A stretch of 64,000 nucleotides of DNA, from IMG/VR virus record IMGVR_UViG_3300048591_000212. One strand, given 5' to 3'. Below the pieces are notes generated by a model that had not been told where the DNA came from, searched no databases, and worked only from the letters and a program-made list of their open reading frames with translations. This DNA comes from a virus (taxonomy: Duplodnaviria > Heunggongvirae > Uroviricota > Caudoviricetes). This document shows positions 30,989-39,182 of the stretch, one piece after another (positions within the stretch are counted from its first letter, which is position 1; every line of letters starts with the position of its first letter). A program made the translations under genes and the position numbers.

Positions 30989-31183
30989 CTTATTGGGTTT
31001 CCAAATTTTCTCGTATTTTTTCAGATCATATTCTATTCCAAAAAACGACAAACATGCCAGAAAACCACTTATCTCACGAGAAATATGATCATCATACATA
31101 CAACCTTCCAAAGCAAGTTTATCATCAACGAAAAGGGCCTCTCGGCTTGTGGTATTATCAATAATATATCTAATATGTTTCAT
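30980..31183 (-). CDS. hypothetical protein (67 aa)
   Basis: ORF track; stop overlaps 5' end of tRNA-Thr. Confidence 0.4.
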   Translation of the reverse strand: MKHIRYIIDNTTSREALFVDDKLALEGCMYDDHISREISGFLACLSFFGIEYDLKKYEKIWKPNKPA

Positions 31184-31185
31184 AT

Positions 31186-31425
31186 TTATATAGTCCTCTT
31201 TTTCATTGGGTTTAGAGCATTTCTGAGAATCGACTCAGCATAAAAGTCAGCACTTGCGTCTGAAAAAGAAAACTCCTCAAAACCAGCTAGTTCTTTTCGA
31301 ATATGAGACTCCATAGCCTGTGGGTCCAATTTCGAATCAAGAGCATGAATCTGCTTTAGGAGAATATAAATCGCCGCTTTCAGTCTTTCTTCATTTTGAA
31401 TTTTGAACATATCTAAATCCTTCAT
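31186..31425 (-). CDS. hypothetical protein (~79 aa, ATG start)
   Basis: ORF track 31186..31428 uses TTG; ATG one codon in. Confidence 0.4.
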   Translation of the reverse strand: MKDLDMFKIQNEERLKAAIYILLKQIHALDSKLDPQAMESHIRKELAGFEEFSFSDASADFYAESILRNALNPMKKRTI

Positions 31426-31592
31426 CAACTATAATGTCCGAACTCTCTCGGATTCCCCTTCTTTCCGTTCTTATCGACTGGTCTCCAAGATACAATCCTG
31501 AATAGAAAATATAATGGAACGAGCATTAATAAGTATTCAATACAGGTCATAGAACTTGTAGAACATTTCACCTTTCCACAAGTTAGTGGAAT

Positions 31593-32381
31593 CTACTTTA
31601 CCGGAACAATCGGGGAAGCTCCAGTTCCCATCAGGAAGGTACACTTTCCGCCAGAACAGACTTCATTCAACATCTTGATTTGTTCAAGCTGAAGAAACTG
31701 ACCGGGCGAGAGTTGCATTGATTCACGGTAAGCGTTATCGGCCTTGGCACGAGACTTTTCGGCCTCCATTCTCTGATCCTCTGCCAGCTTTCTTTCCCTT
31801 TCGGTATTTTGGCGCTGCTGTTGGGCCGCAGTTTCGACGCGCTGAGACTTAATACTATCAGGAGGATTCGCCTTACCGACAGTCACCTGAATCAATTCAA
31901 CAGGAATGCCAGCTTCCTTAATATAAGTCCGCATTGATTCGGTGACTTCATCATCAATTTCTTCAATAGCGTTGGTATCAATAGCAGTTTCGTTCATGCC
32001 ATGCTTTCGAACGGCCTGACGAAGACGCTCAGAAAACTCCTTTTCAATATTCGCCTCATAAAATTCCGCGCCAAAGTTTTCAAACAATTTCACGGAATCC
32101 AGAACCTTTAGACGAATAACGGCATCGAAATCCAAAGGCACGCCATCACTGGACATCAAATCCTCGAAATGTACCGTATATTGTAGTGGCCTCATATTAA
32201 TATAAACTGGCTCGGTGGTGACGGCAATCAAGTGGCGGCCCGTTTTCAGGGGTTCCTTATCAACGCCACCGGAACCAAATATAAGAGGCTTCTTCACCAA
32301 GACGGCTTCATGACCGGCATCAGGAACAGCCCAACCACAGCCACCCAGAAACAACATTGACAAAATCAAAATATTCTTCAT
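31593..32381 (-). CDS. SPFH/band-7 (prohibitin/HflC-like) lipoprotein
   Basis: Lipobox LFLGGC at N-terminus; band-7 core followed by Glu/Arg-rich coiled coil (QQQRQNTERERKLAEDQRMEAEKSRAKAD). Confidence 0.7.
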   Translation of the reverse strand: MKNILILSMLFLGGCGWAVPDAGHEAVLVKKPLIFGSGGVDKEPLKTGRHLIAVTTEPVYINMRPLQYTVHFEDLMSSDGVPLDFDAVIRLKVLDSVKLFENFGAEFYEANIEKEFSERLRQAVRKHGMNETAIDTNAIEEIDDEVTESMRTYIKEAGIPVELIQVTVGKANPPDSIKSQRVETAAQQQRQNTERERKLAEDQRMEAEKSRAKADNAYRESMQLSPGQFLQLEQIKMLNEVCSGGKCTFLMGTGASPIVPVK

Positions 32382-32382
32382 T

Positions 32383-32574
32383 TTATTCCTCTTTCTTTCC
32401 TTTAATCATCAGATAACCCATAAACTTCAAAAACTTCGCCTTCTCCTGCCAAGTCTTCTTACTTTCGTACTGCTTCATCAAAACCGAATTCTCGGCATTA
32501 TCCTCTCGGAAAATCTTGTCCGCTCCACGAAACGTAGCGTCAGGTAGAACTCTCTGTACTGTTTTGGTTTTCAT
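32383..32574 (-). CDS. hypothetical protein (63 aa)
   Basis: ORF track. Confidence 0.35.
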   Translation of the reverse strand: MKTKTVQRVLPDATFRGADKIFREDNAENSVLMKQYESKKTWQEKAKFLKFMGYLMIKGKKEE

Positions 32575-32908
32575 CGGGCTTAACCTCCTCCCACCGTTTC
32601 ATCAATTTCTTTTGTACCATTCTCAGTGAGTCTTCCATTGAAATTCCGTAAATTGAATACAACTTAATCAAAAGCACGACAACATCACCCAACTCTTCTG
32701 AAATATTATCAATGTGGGCATCGGGATCAAACCGAAATCGTCGCCCCTCGTACTTTCGCATTTCCTTTACCGACTCGCCCAATTCCTCAATAATATGTTC
32801 AACGGTGGTTGCGCGGGCCTCGGCTGTACTCAGATTCGAAAACTCTGGATATACCGTTTTCGTATAACTTTCACACCATTTCTGAAAATCTTCAATTCGT
32901 ATCATCAA
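32540..32908 (-). CDS. MazG-like nucleoside triphosphate pyrophosphohydrolase
   Basis: EExGE...RK and EELGDVVVLLIKL motifs of the all-alpha NTP-PPase fold. Confidence 0.65.
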   Translation of the reverse strand: MMIRIEDFQKWCESYTKTVYPEFSNLSTAEARATTVEHIIEELGESVKEMRKYEGRRFRFDPDAHIDNISEELGDVVVLLIKLYSIYGISMEDSLRMVQKKLMKRWEEVKPDENQNSTESST

Positions 32909-33422
32909 TTTCCTCCAATATATCCGTCAACAACTTCGGTTGGTAATTCAGAACCTCAACCGAGACGTTATAGAACTTCTTATCAAATACTCCAGCCCGT
33001 CTATTATGAATGTGTCCATGAATACAATAGTCAGACTCTTCACTTAGCCGCTCATACTTATTTGGAAAAGAGTATGGCGGGCGGTGACACATAAAGACCT
33101 TTCTATCACCAATCGTAAGAGTCTTATGAAGGGCGACACTCTCGAAGCCAGAATAGTTGTAATTCTTCCGATCATGATTTCCCATAATCAGATTGATTCT
33201 TCCTTTGAGTCGGGACACAAATGGACCCGGTTCCCCGAAGGAAAAGTCTCCCAGATGATAAACGATATCATCGTTTGTCACCACAGAATTCCACTTGGCA
33301 ATCATGGCCTCATTCATTTCCTCTACGGACTCAAACGGACGATTGCAGTACCGAATAATATTCCTATGAGAAAAATGGTGATCCGATATTACAAAAATTC
33401 TATTCATTTTTAACCAGACCAA
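32892..33422 (-). CDS. calcineurin-like metallophosphoesterase
   Basis: Canonical motifs D-HH, GDF, GNHD, GHIH in order (VISDHHFSH, HLGDFSFG, IMGNHDR, HGHIHNR). Confidence 0.75.
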   Translation of the reverse strand: MVWLKMNRIFVISDHHFSHRNIIRYCNRPFESVEEMNEAMIAKWNSVVTNDDIVYHLGDFSFGEPGPFVSRLKGRINLIMGNHDRKNYNYSGFESVALHKTLTIGDRKVFMCHRPPYSFPNKYERLSEESDYCIHGHIHNRRAGVFDKKFYNVSVEVLNYQPKLLTDILEEIDDTN

Positions 33423-33516
33423 GATTAGAATTCAAGAGGCCCACATGTATAGCAGCTTCCTCTAGGGTTTTCGCTCTGGAGGCGACATAATCAATATCAA
33501 ATCGCACATCAGCCAT

Positions 33517-33702
33517 TCACCCAAACCGATACGAAGACACTTTCCCATTCACAATAGAAATATTGAGACGAGACTGGTCATAGTCTGCCGTCAGAATAAC
33601 ACTGCGACCATTCTCGGCTGAGATGCGCCAGCGAACACCACGGCTGGTCAAAAACTGAGCAGCCTCTTGAATATCCATTCCCAAAATTTCGTCATAATTC
33701 AT
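33517..33702 (-). CDS. hypothetical protein (61 aa)
   Basis: ORF track. Confidence 0.35.
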   Translation of the reverse strand: MNYDEILGMDIQEAAQFLTSRGVRWRISAENGRSVILTADYDQSRLNISIVNGKVSSYRFG

Positions 33703-33775
33703 TGTTTTATTCTCCTCTCAAACACTCATGAAGTTCCTCAAGCCACTTGTTTGTTGTGGCTGCGCGATCCAGTCA

Positions 33776-34534
33776 TCATCCTTTTCCCCTCCACTCAAAT
33801 TCATATTCCTTGATTGCATTTACGCACATCCGATTGATTCTTCCGGTTTCCGGCTTCTCAGGAATAAAAACGTCCCGGTCAATCAAAATCTGCAAAATGC
33901 TTCTTTCTTCTTCAATGATCTCCAAAAAGTCATCAAAGGCCACATTTCCATTTCGAATAAAGGAACAGGTTTCCTTTCCGGCCTGAATATTCACTCCATG
34001 ATCATTACAGAAAATACTCTTTCCTAGAGACAACAAGCGATAGGCATGGGCAGCGGCCTTTACATCATAACCATATTCCTCAACGAGAGCCTTGCGCTTT
34101 TCTCCCCACTTTCCAGAAACTCCGATCTTGGCACGAGAAATCATACCGTCAGCATAGCCAATCAAAGTAGCGGCAGCACTTTTCGAAATAAATGTCGAGC
34201 GATTCTGAATAATCGGCACCATCACCGGATGAACAAACCGCCATGCCGATAGATTCGGCTTTAGGACTTCATACCAATTCTTTGGCACATCCAGAAACAA
34301 CATCGGAATGACGTTCGGATTGAACTTGGCACACAGACTAACGAAGTTACGGAACTCATAAGAAGAGACATCATTTTCTCCATCATTGGTCTGCTTGGAC
34401 TCGGTTTCCTTCTGAATACCGAAGTAGTGATCCAGAGGAGCCACGAAGACGTTCATGTAGTCAACATCTGATTCTGGAGTGGCACACCCGTAGGCGTGGG
34501 AACCAACCACTCCGCATAGCACATTGTCACTCAT
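33776..34534 (-). CDS. nucleotidyltransferase (pol-beta superfamily, RlaP/Nuc-transf-like), 252 aa
   Basis: GSHAYGCATPESDVDY = G[SG]x9-13Dx[DE] NTase signature; track start 34606 trimmed to MSDNVLCG because a sigma70-type promoter lies inside the extension and the ATG sits 6 nt after its -10. Confidence 0.65.
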   Translation of the reverse strand: MSDNVLCGVVGSHAYGCATPESDVDYMNVFVAPLDHYFGIQKETESKQTNDGENDVSSYEFRNFVSLCAKFNPNVIPMLFLDVPKNWYEVLKPNLSAWRFVHPVMVPIIQNRSTFISKSAAATLIGYADGMISRAKIGVSGKWGEKRKALVEEYGYDVKAAAHAYRLLSLGKSIFCNDHGVNIQAGKETCSFIRNGNVAFDDFLEIIEEERSILQILIDRDVFIPEKPETGRINRMCVNAIKEYEFEWRGKG

Positions 34535-34540
34535 ATAACT

Positions 34541-34569
34541 AGTATAGCACCTTTCTGGAGGATTGTCAA
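34541..34569 (-). promoter_or_regulatory. early promoter TTGACA-N17-TATACT inside track ORF extension, ATG at +7 (leaderless NTase mRNA)
   Basis: Minus strand: TTGACAatcctccagaaaggtgcTATACTagttatATGAGT. Confidence 0.55.
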
Positions 34570-34578
34570 GTAAAAATT

Positions 34579-34655
34579 TGGCACGGACGAGGGGATTCGA
34601 ACCCAACTACTCTTTGAGTCAAAGTCAAAGGTGCTAACCGTTACACTACGTCCGA
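34579..34655 (-). tRNA. tRNA-Gln (anticodon UUG)
   Basis: Acceptor xCGGACG/CGTCCGx, D-arm GTGT AACGGTT GCAC, anticodon stem TTTGA/TCAAA loop CUUUGAC, T-loop TTCGAAT, GCCA 3' end; T-stem only 3 bp plus mismatches. Confidence 0.65.
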
Positions 34656-34660
34656 GTAAG

Positions 34661-35089
34661 TCAGTCCCACTGTTCCCAAAAGAAGAACGAAGAATCAAAT
34701 ATTCCAAAAATCTTTCTCTTTCGAAAGGTTTGTGAATATTTTCGCTCTTTTACCGAAAACCTCAGCTTTTTGTAGTCATCAACAATATTCACATCATTGA
34801 TAGCATACCTGTCCAGAAAAGAAAACGGAACGGCCTTAATGACACGATCTATATAATTGGTGGCTTCTCTCCGAGGATTACAGTCATCTTCATAAAGTTT
34901 CGTTCCATCATAGTTACTAATAAATGGACCATTATCGAAAACTTTGGTATACAGATGAAAGTCTTCAAAGAAGACACTCACTGTATACTCTGTCACATCA
35001 AATGTCCGATATTCCCAAGGAAAAAGTTTGTCTTTAATATTCATCTTTATGACTCCATAATCCAGTAAAAAGTCCACCAAGATAAACAT
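34661..35089 (-). CDS. hypothetical protein (142 aa), tandem paralog A
   Basis: C-terminal similarity to 35034..35447 (YKKLRFSVKERKYSQTF vs LKKIKFHVTETKWTQVWF). Confidence 0.45.
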   Translation of the reverse strand: MFILVDFLLDYGVIKMNIKDKLFPWEYRTFDVTEYTVSVFFEDFHLYTKVFDNGPFISNYDGTKLYEDDCNPRREATNYIDRVIKAVPFSFLDRYAINDVNIVDDYKKLRFSVKERKYSQTFRKRKIFGIFDSSFFFWEQWD

Positions 35090-35447
35090 TTCGGAACCAC
35101 ACCTGAGTCCACTTGGTTTCGGTAACGTGAAATTTGATTTTCTTTAGGTCATCAACCAAAACTGGCTGACAGAATTTTCCATCAATATCTCGATTAAAGA
35201 GAAAATTAAAAAGAGGAATCCTCTTGGTAAATTCCATAATATACTCGGTGACCCGTAAATCGGCAGATTTGTGTAATTCAAGCCCAGAACATACATGTTC
35301 CCAGACACTATCAGAAAAAATTCTCGTCTCAACTTTTATGCCCTCGAAAGAAACATGTACAACGTATGTACACATACCAAAGGATCGAACTTCTAGCGAC
35401 TTCAGGAATTTTTTAATCTTCTTCATCATCTTCTTCATAATCCTCAA
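35034..35447 (-). CDS. hypothetical protein (137 aa), tandem paralog B
   Basis: See paralog A. Confidence 0.45.
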   Translation of the reverse strand: MRIMKKMMKKIKKFLKSLEVRSFGMCTYVVHVSFEGIKVETRIFSDSVWEHVCSGLELHKSADLRVTEYIMEFTKRIPLFNFLFNRDIDGKFCQPVLVDDLKKIKFHVTETKWTQVWFRNVYLGGLFTGLWSHKDEY

Positions 35448-35652
35448 ATGAATTCATCTCATAATCGGTCTTGATGGTCTCAAATTCATCCAGATCATCA
35501 AATTCGTCGTCGGTCATCTCGACAACCTCTAAGGTAAAGGTTTCTCCCTCTCCGCTATCCAACAGTTCATCAAGCAATACACTCAGTTCCGTCTTATTCA
35601 TTTTCAGGACATATGAACTGGTATATTGCGGCTTAACTTTCAGAAATCTCAT
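35413..35652 (-). CDS. small acidic protein (79 aa)
   Basis: ORF track; D/E-rich. Confidence 0.4.
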   Translation of the reverse strand: MRFLKVKPQYTSSYVLKMNKTELSVLLDELLDSGEGETFTLEVVEMTDDEFDDLDEFETIKTDYEMNSFEDYEEDDEED

Positions 35653-35814
35653 TCAGGCTCATTCTCCTCTTAGTACATAGGAAGGCCATAATCGAAATTA
35701 TTCTTTTCGGCCATTTCCTTAAATTTTGTTGCCAGACGAACCGCCATTTCGTTGCGGAGATCATTCGGAGCATTGGCATAGTCAATAAGCATCAGAGTGA
35801 TCATGCTCCAGAAA

Positions 35815-35960
35815 GACTACTGAAGAGTCCGGTGTTCTCGGAGCAGACGCTTTAGGACCATTTCCTTAACTTCCCGCGACGAGGTTCCGTTAAGGGCATC
35901 CAAAATGGTGGATACCGCTTCTGTCACGCGATTAGTAATTTCTTCTTGAGTTCCGTACAT
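35815..35960 (-). CDS. small protein (~48 aa) with AGGAG SD
   Basis: ATG 8 nt after AGGAGAG, downstream of a consensus promoter; below the 60-aa cutoff of the ORF track. Confidence 0.3.
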
Positions 35961-35978
35961 AATATCTCTCCTAGTTAT

Positions 35979-36007
35979 AGTATAACAGATCAGTCAAAGG
36001 ATGTCAA
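35979..36007 (-). promoter_or_regulatory. sigma70-consensus early promoter (TTGACA-N17-TATACT)
   Basis: Read on minus strand: TTGACAtcctttgactgatctgtTATACT; drives small ORF with SD. Confidence 0.5.
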
Positions 36008-36017
36008 CCTTTTCAAG

Positions 36018-36105
36018 TGGCCTCGGTGGGATTCGAACCCACACTCCCCGGAGGGAAGCGGATTTTCTTACCACTACATTTTTCAATGCCCGCCGCAAAG
36101 CGGTT
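36018..36105 (-). ncRNA. tRNA-like element C (canonical T-arm and 3' acceptor, non-canonical 5' half)
   Basis: GTGGGTTCGAATCCCAC + CGAGGCCA at 3' end; short variable-arm-like hairpin UCCC/GGGA; no 7-nt anticodon loop foldable by eye; paralogous to element at 36646..36735. Confidence 0.4.
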
Positions 36106-36131
36106 TGTGGTCTGGACTTTATCTTTGCCAT

Positions 36132-36161
36132 ATTATAAATAACTTAGGCATCCCCTGTCAA
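36132..36161 (-). promoter_or_regulatory. sigma70-consensus promoter TTGACA-N18-TATAAT upstream of tRNA-like element C
   Basis: Minus strand reads cTTGACAggggatgcctaagttatttATAAT; TSS predicted ~36125. Confidence 0.55.
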
Positions 36162-36343
36162 GTCTCTACACCTTTTAATTAGAAATTCAAAAACATCCAA
36201 TTAACTTGGCTCGGTATTGGCATCGGCTTTACCCGTTAAGCGTTCACCGAATTTAAGGGATTCTACATAAAAGATTTCTCCCTTTGCACTCAAATTAATA
36301 AGTCCGCTGCGTCTGCCAATTACGCCACAAGGCCAAAAACTTT

Positions 36344-36639
36344 TCACCAACCATAGACATCATTTCCAATAATCCTAACAAGCATCATTATTCCACAAAT
36401 CAGAAAACCAACAAAAATGATGGCCTGATGGACGAATATTCCGCCAGCCACGGAAAGCAGTAGAGCAGAAACCAAAGAAACCCGAAACAGGTTTTCGTAT
36501 TTGAAAACGAACGATAACAAAAACCAGATGAAAACTACCATTCCTGCCGTTAACCATGCACTTTCGAATAAGACCGAAACAAGTCCAACTGCTCCAGCCG
36601 AAAACAAAAATGTCATAAGAATTTGATAATATTTACGCA
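36344..36639 (-). CDS. small membrane protein (~98 aa, 3 predicted TM helices)
   Basis: Hydrophobic stretches; track start 36670 trimmed to MRKYYQIL to avoid overlap with tRNA-like element. Confidence 0.45.
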
Positions 36640-36645
36640 TAAGGG

Positions 36646-36735
36646 CCTCCGGTGGGAGTCGAACCCACAAATGACGCAGGTTTCGGAAATGAACTTTCCT
36701 ACGCCCGCCGATTTGCCAGTTTTCTACGGAGACAA
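36646..36735 (-). ncRNA. tRNA-like element A (~90 nt; possible aberrant type II tRNA)
   Basis: Acceptor GTCTCCG/CGGAGGC (one G-U) and T-arm GTGGGTTCGACTCCCAC are good; the 58-nt interior has nested hairpins (CGTAGG...CCTGCG around GGAAA-GTTCA-TTTCC) but no canonical D or anticodon arm; shares GGCGGGC box with element C. Confidence 0.4.
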
Positions 36736-36749
36736 AAATACTTAACTAG

Positions 36750-36822
36750 TAGCCCCGCAGGGATTCGAACCCCGATAAATGCGGTAGAAGCGCATTGCCT
36801 TAATCCGTTAGACGACAGGGCC
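36750..36822 (-). tRNA. tRNA-Arg (anticodon UCU)
   Basis: Acceptor GGCCCTG/CGGGGCT (two G-U), D-stem GTCT/AGGC, anticodon stem ATGCG/CGCAT loop CUUCUAC, T-arm CGGGGTTCGAATCCCTG; no encoded CCA. Confidence 0.75.
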
Positions 36823-36834
36823 AAAAGATATTTC

Positions 36835-37170
36835 TTATAATACAGACATCATTGTCAATTTCTTGATTGGCCGATAATCCTCAAAGAAGAGAGTATCATA
36901 GGGCTGAGACCACACATCATGATATCCTTTTTCGTTTTTCGAAACGCAGATAATGCGGGCATCAGCCTCAATCGGTCTGGGATATTCCTGAGATTTAGTT
37001 TTATGCGAAAAATCGAAATTGAACGGAATCTTGAGAAAAATCTCTCGTCTGCGGTCAGTACCCACAGTACCCACCTTTGCCGAGAAGAAACCGAATGGAA
37101 TGTTCTTGGCGGCTGTCAAATCGCAACCCGCACTATCACTAAAAACAGTCTCAATAATCTGTTGTTCCAT
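36835..37170 (-). CDS. hypothetical protein (111 aa), tandem paralog
   Basis: Similar to 37188..37505 (IPFGFF..VG......I..P..F......EY/EC..........K.Y..VW...YD/FL..E.YRP). Confidence 0.45.
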   Translation of the reverse strand: MEQQIIETVFSDSAGCDLTAAKNIPFGFFSAKVGTVGTDRRREIFLKIPFNFDFSHKTKSQEYPRPIEADARIICVSKNEKGYHDVWSQPYDTLFFEDYRPIKKLTMMSVL

Positions 37171-37187
37171 ATTTATTCCCCACTCTC

Positions 37188-37505
37188 CTAAAACTTAACC
37201 CGCATGTCCAATTCCATGACGGGCCGATACTCCTCAATATCGAGGAAAGTCGCATCCCATACACTAGGATAGCTCTTTTTATTTTCCGTTAAAGAGATGA
37301 TGTACGCGCCAGTACACTCTTTCGGCGTCAAGTCTCGATGGAATTTAGTTGGAGCCTTAATGAGAAGTCCTTCGTACTCCCCAATTCTTCCATAAAAAAT
37401 TCCAAACGGAATTTCCTCAGCGCAAGCCAACGATTTCGCGCTTTTCTCGTATTCAACCGTAACTTTCTGGTTCATATCATTCTCCCTCAATCCAGCATCA
37501 TACAC
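37188..37505 (-). CDS. hypothetical protein (105 aa), tandem paralog
   Basis: See previous. Confidence 0.45.
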   Translation of the reverse strand: MYDAGLRENDMNQKVTVEYEKSAKSLACAEEIPFGIFYGRIGEYEGLLIKAPTKFHRDLTPKECTGAYIISLTENKKSYPSVWDATFLDIEEYRPVMELDMRVKF

Positions 37506-37604
37506 TGATCATCGATGATCCAATAGACCATAACGAAGGTCAACCAAAGATCAAGTCCCATTTTACATAATTCCTTTCACAGTTCGAAACGTAAACGCAT
37601 CCTT

Positions 37605-37780
37605 CACTTCCCGGCGAGTGCCAACGACGCTCCCAGAGGGGGAAGCGGATGTCTTCTTCCCCCCTTCAGGACAACAGAAGACCGCCCGCTTGTGATCTTC
37701 TGTTCCATCAACTTGTTCTGTGCGATCCGATACTGAATTCGTTCGGCGGGCGTCATCTCGGTGTAGGCTTTGTTCTTCAT
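37605..37780 (-). CDS. small protein (~58 aa), predicted leaderless
   Basis: ATG 6 nt downstream of TATACT of promoter 37787..37815; below track cutoff. Confidence 0.35.
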
Positions 37781-37786
37781 ACTTAT

Positions 37787-37815
37787 AGTATACCAGTTCT
37801 GGGGTCTGTTGTCAA
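37787..37815 (-). promoter_or_regulatory. early promoter TTGACA-N17-TATACT, ATG at +7 (leaderless)
   Basis: Minus strand: TTGACAacagaccccagaactggTATACTataagtATG. Confidence 0.55.
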
Positions 37816-38070
37816 CTACTTTTTATCAAAATTCTTCAGACACAGAGTATAGGCGAACGCCTTCGCGGAGTTCAGGGGACCAATCCACTTATGTTTATCC
37901 AGATTTGCTCCCCAAGACACACCATACATGTTTGGAGTATCGTGCCCGGACATACCCAAAGAGCCATTGACGATTGTCATGTTCACTTTCTGACCATTCC
38001 AGTAAACTTCGAAGTGCCCGATCCACAGGCGCTTGGTCACAAACCGTTCATCGCTCGTGTATTTCTTCAT
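37816..38070 (-). CDS. hypothetical protein (84 aa), predicted leaderless
   Basis: ORF track; ATG 6 nt after -10 of promoter 38077..38105. Confidence 0.45.
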   Translation of the reverse strand: MKKYTSDERFVTKRLWIGHFEVYWNGQKVNMTIVNGSLGMSGHDTPNMYGVSWGANLDKHKWIGPLNSAKAFAYTLCLKNFDKK

Positions 38071-38076
38071 ACTTAT

Positions 38077-38105
38077 AGTATAGCAATCCCGAAGAGTCTT
38101 GTCAA
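38077..38105 (-). promoter_or_regulatory. early promoter TTGACA-N17-TATACT, ATG at +7 (leaderless)
   Basis: Minus strand: TTGACAagactcttcgggattgcTATACTataagtATGAAG; 20-nt block identical to 37771-37792. Confidence 0.55.
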
Positions 38106-38533
38106 GTGGTTTCTACACAAAGATCCACATGAATCAGAACACAGGAGTATGGTTCACCCGGCGCGGGCCTCTTTGCTCCTCTGCGATATCGTGAAGAAGA
38201 AGCCAGATTGTACGCATAGTAATCCGACCCCGCCCCATTCTCGGTTTTTCTCAGACCATCAAACGGCCCACCAACACAAAGAAATTTACTAACTCCAGAA
38301 ACGGTTTTCCGAGAATGAGAGTACTTCCATTCAGGGTCAGATTCATCGATACGATAAAACGTATCCCAAATGAATACGGTTTCGTCTCGAAGATCGTCTT
38401 CGTGGTCATAGGACAAGCCAAGACAGGAATCAAAAACGTATCGATGATCCTCGCCAATATCTTTCGGCTGAGTAAATCGTCTTTTCGTTATGTATGGATA
38501 TTTTGAATTATTATTCATGATTTCCTTCTTCAT
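38102..38533 (-). CDS. hypothetical protein (143 aa)
   Basis: ORF track; ATGA overlap with upstream membrane peptide gene. Confidence 0.45.
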   Translation of the reverse strand: MKKEIMNNNSKYPYITKRRFTQPKDIGEDHRYVFDSCLGLSYDHEDDLRDETVFIWDTFYRIDESDPEWKYSHSRKTVSGVSKFLCVGGPFDGLRKTENGAGSDYYAYNLASSSRYRRGAKRPAPGEPYSCVLIHVDLCVETT

Positions 38534-38709
38534 TTCTTATACCTCAACCATGCACCAAAAATAAAGATAAGCGAAAAGAGAAGACAAAGAGTCACACTTG
38601 CTCCAAATATACTTGAGATAAACATAAGAGCAGGCACAGAAAATGCCCCACCACCAATTATCATAAGAATCAAACCGAAAAATTTTCTGTCACTATTATT
38701 ATCAATCAT
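38530..38709 (-). CDS. small hydrophobic membrane peptide (~59 aa)
   Basis: MIDNNSDRKFFGLILMIIGGGAFSVPALMFISSIFGASVTLCLLFSLIFIFGAWLRYKK; not in track (<60 aa). Confidence 0.35.
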   Translation of the reverse strand: MIDNNSDRKFFGLILMIIGGGAFSVPALMFISSIFGASVTLCLLFSLIFIFGAWLRYKK

Positions 38710-38720
38710 ATCGAGAACTC

Positions 38721-39182
38721 CTATTCATAACAACCCTTACAGCCGTCATAGTCATCTTCTTCCGGCTCGTCATCATAACAGCCGCGACAGGTATCCCAGA
38801 CATCCTCGTCTTCCGATTCCGGTTCGGAGATTGGTTCAGGAGGATTATCCACATCAACAATCTCAAAGTGGTGGGTTAGATTTTTCGTCATTCCCGGCAT
38901 CATGAAGACCCAGAATAACTGTCTATCAGTTGATTCAAAATCCGAACAAGTAATGGCGGATTTCAAAAATGGATCAACAATCGCTTCCGGCGTCTCTCCC
39001 AATAGAACTCTTCGAACTACGGAAAAGGAAGAATCAGTAAACGCAACTCTGTCCCCGGCACACAATACCTGATCCGAAGTCACCAAAATTCCCGGCACAT
39101 GAAAGGCGTCCCGCTTTCCGCCATTTTCCATAATCGTCTTTTTGTCTGCCCAACTGGATTCACCAATATTAACTTTCATCAT
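38721..39182 (-). CDS. hypothetical protein (153 aa) with acidic Cys-containing C-terminus
   Basis: ORF track. Confidence 0.45.
   Translation of the reverse strand: MMKVNIGESSWADKKTIMENGGKRDAFHVPGILVTSDQVLCAGDRVAFTDSSFSVVRRVLLGETPEAIVDPFLKSAITCSDFESTDRQLFWVFMMPGMTKNLTHHFEIVDVDNPPEPISEPESEDEDVWDTCRGCYDDEPEEDDYDGCKGCYE

Noticed and set aside
36652-36840. 62-aa plus ORF (MGVEPTNDAGFG...)
   Set aside because: Antisense of tRNA-like element A and tRNA-Arg
37628-37660. GC-rich hairpin GGGGGAAG-N10-CTTCCCCC
   Set aside because: It lies inside the coding sequence of the small ORF 37605..37780 and has no adjacent U tract on either strand; not called as a terminator
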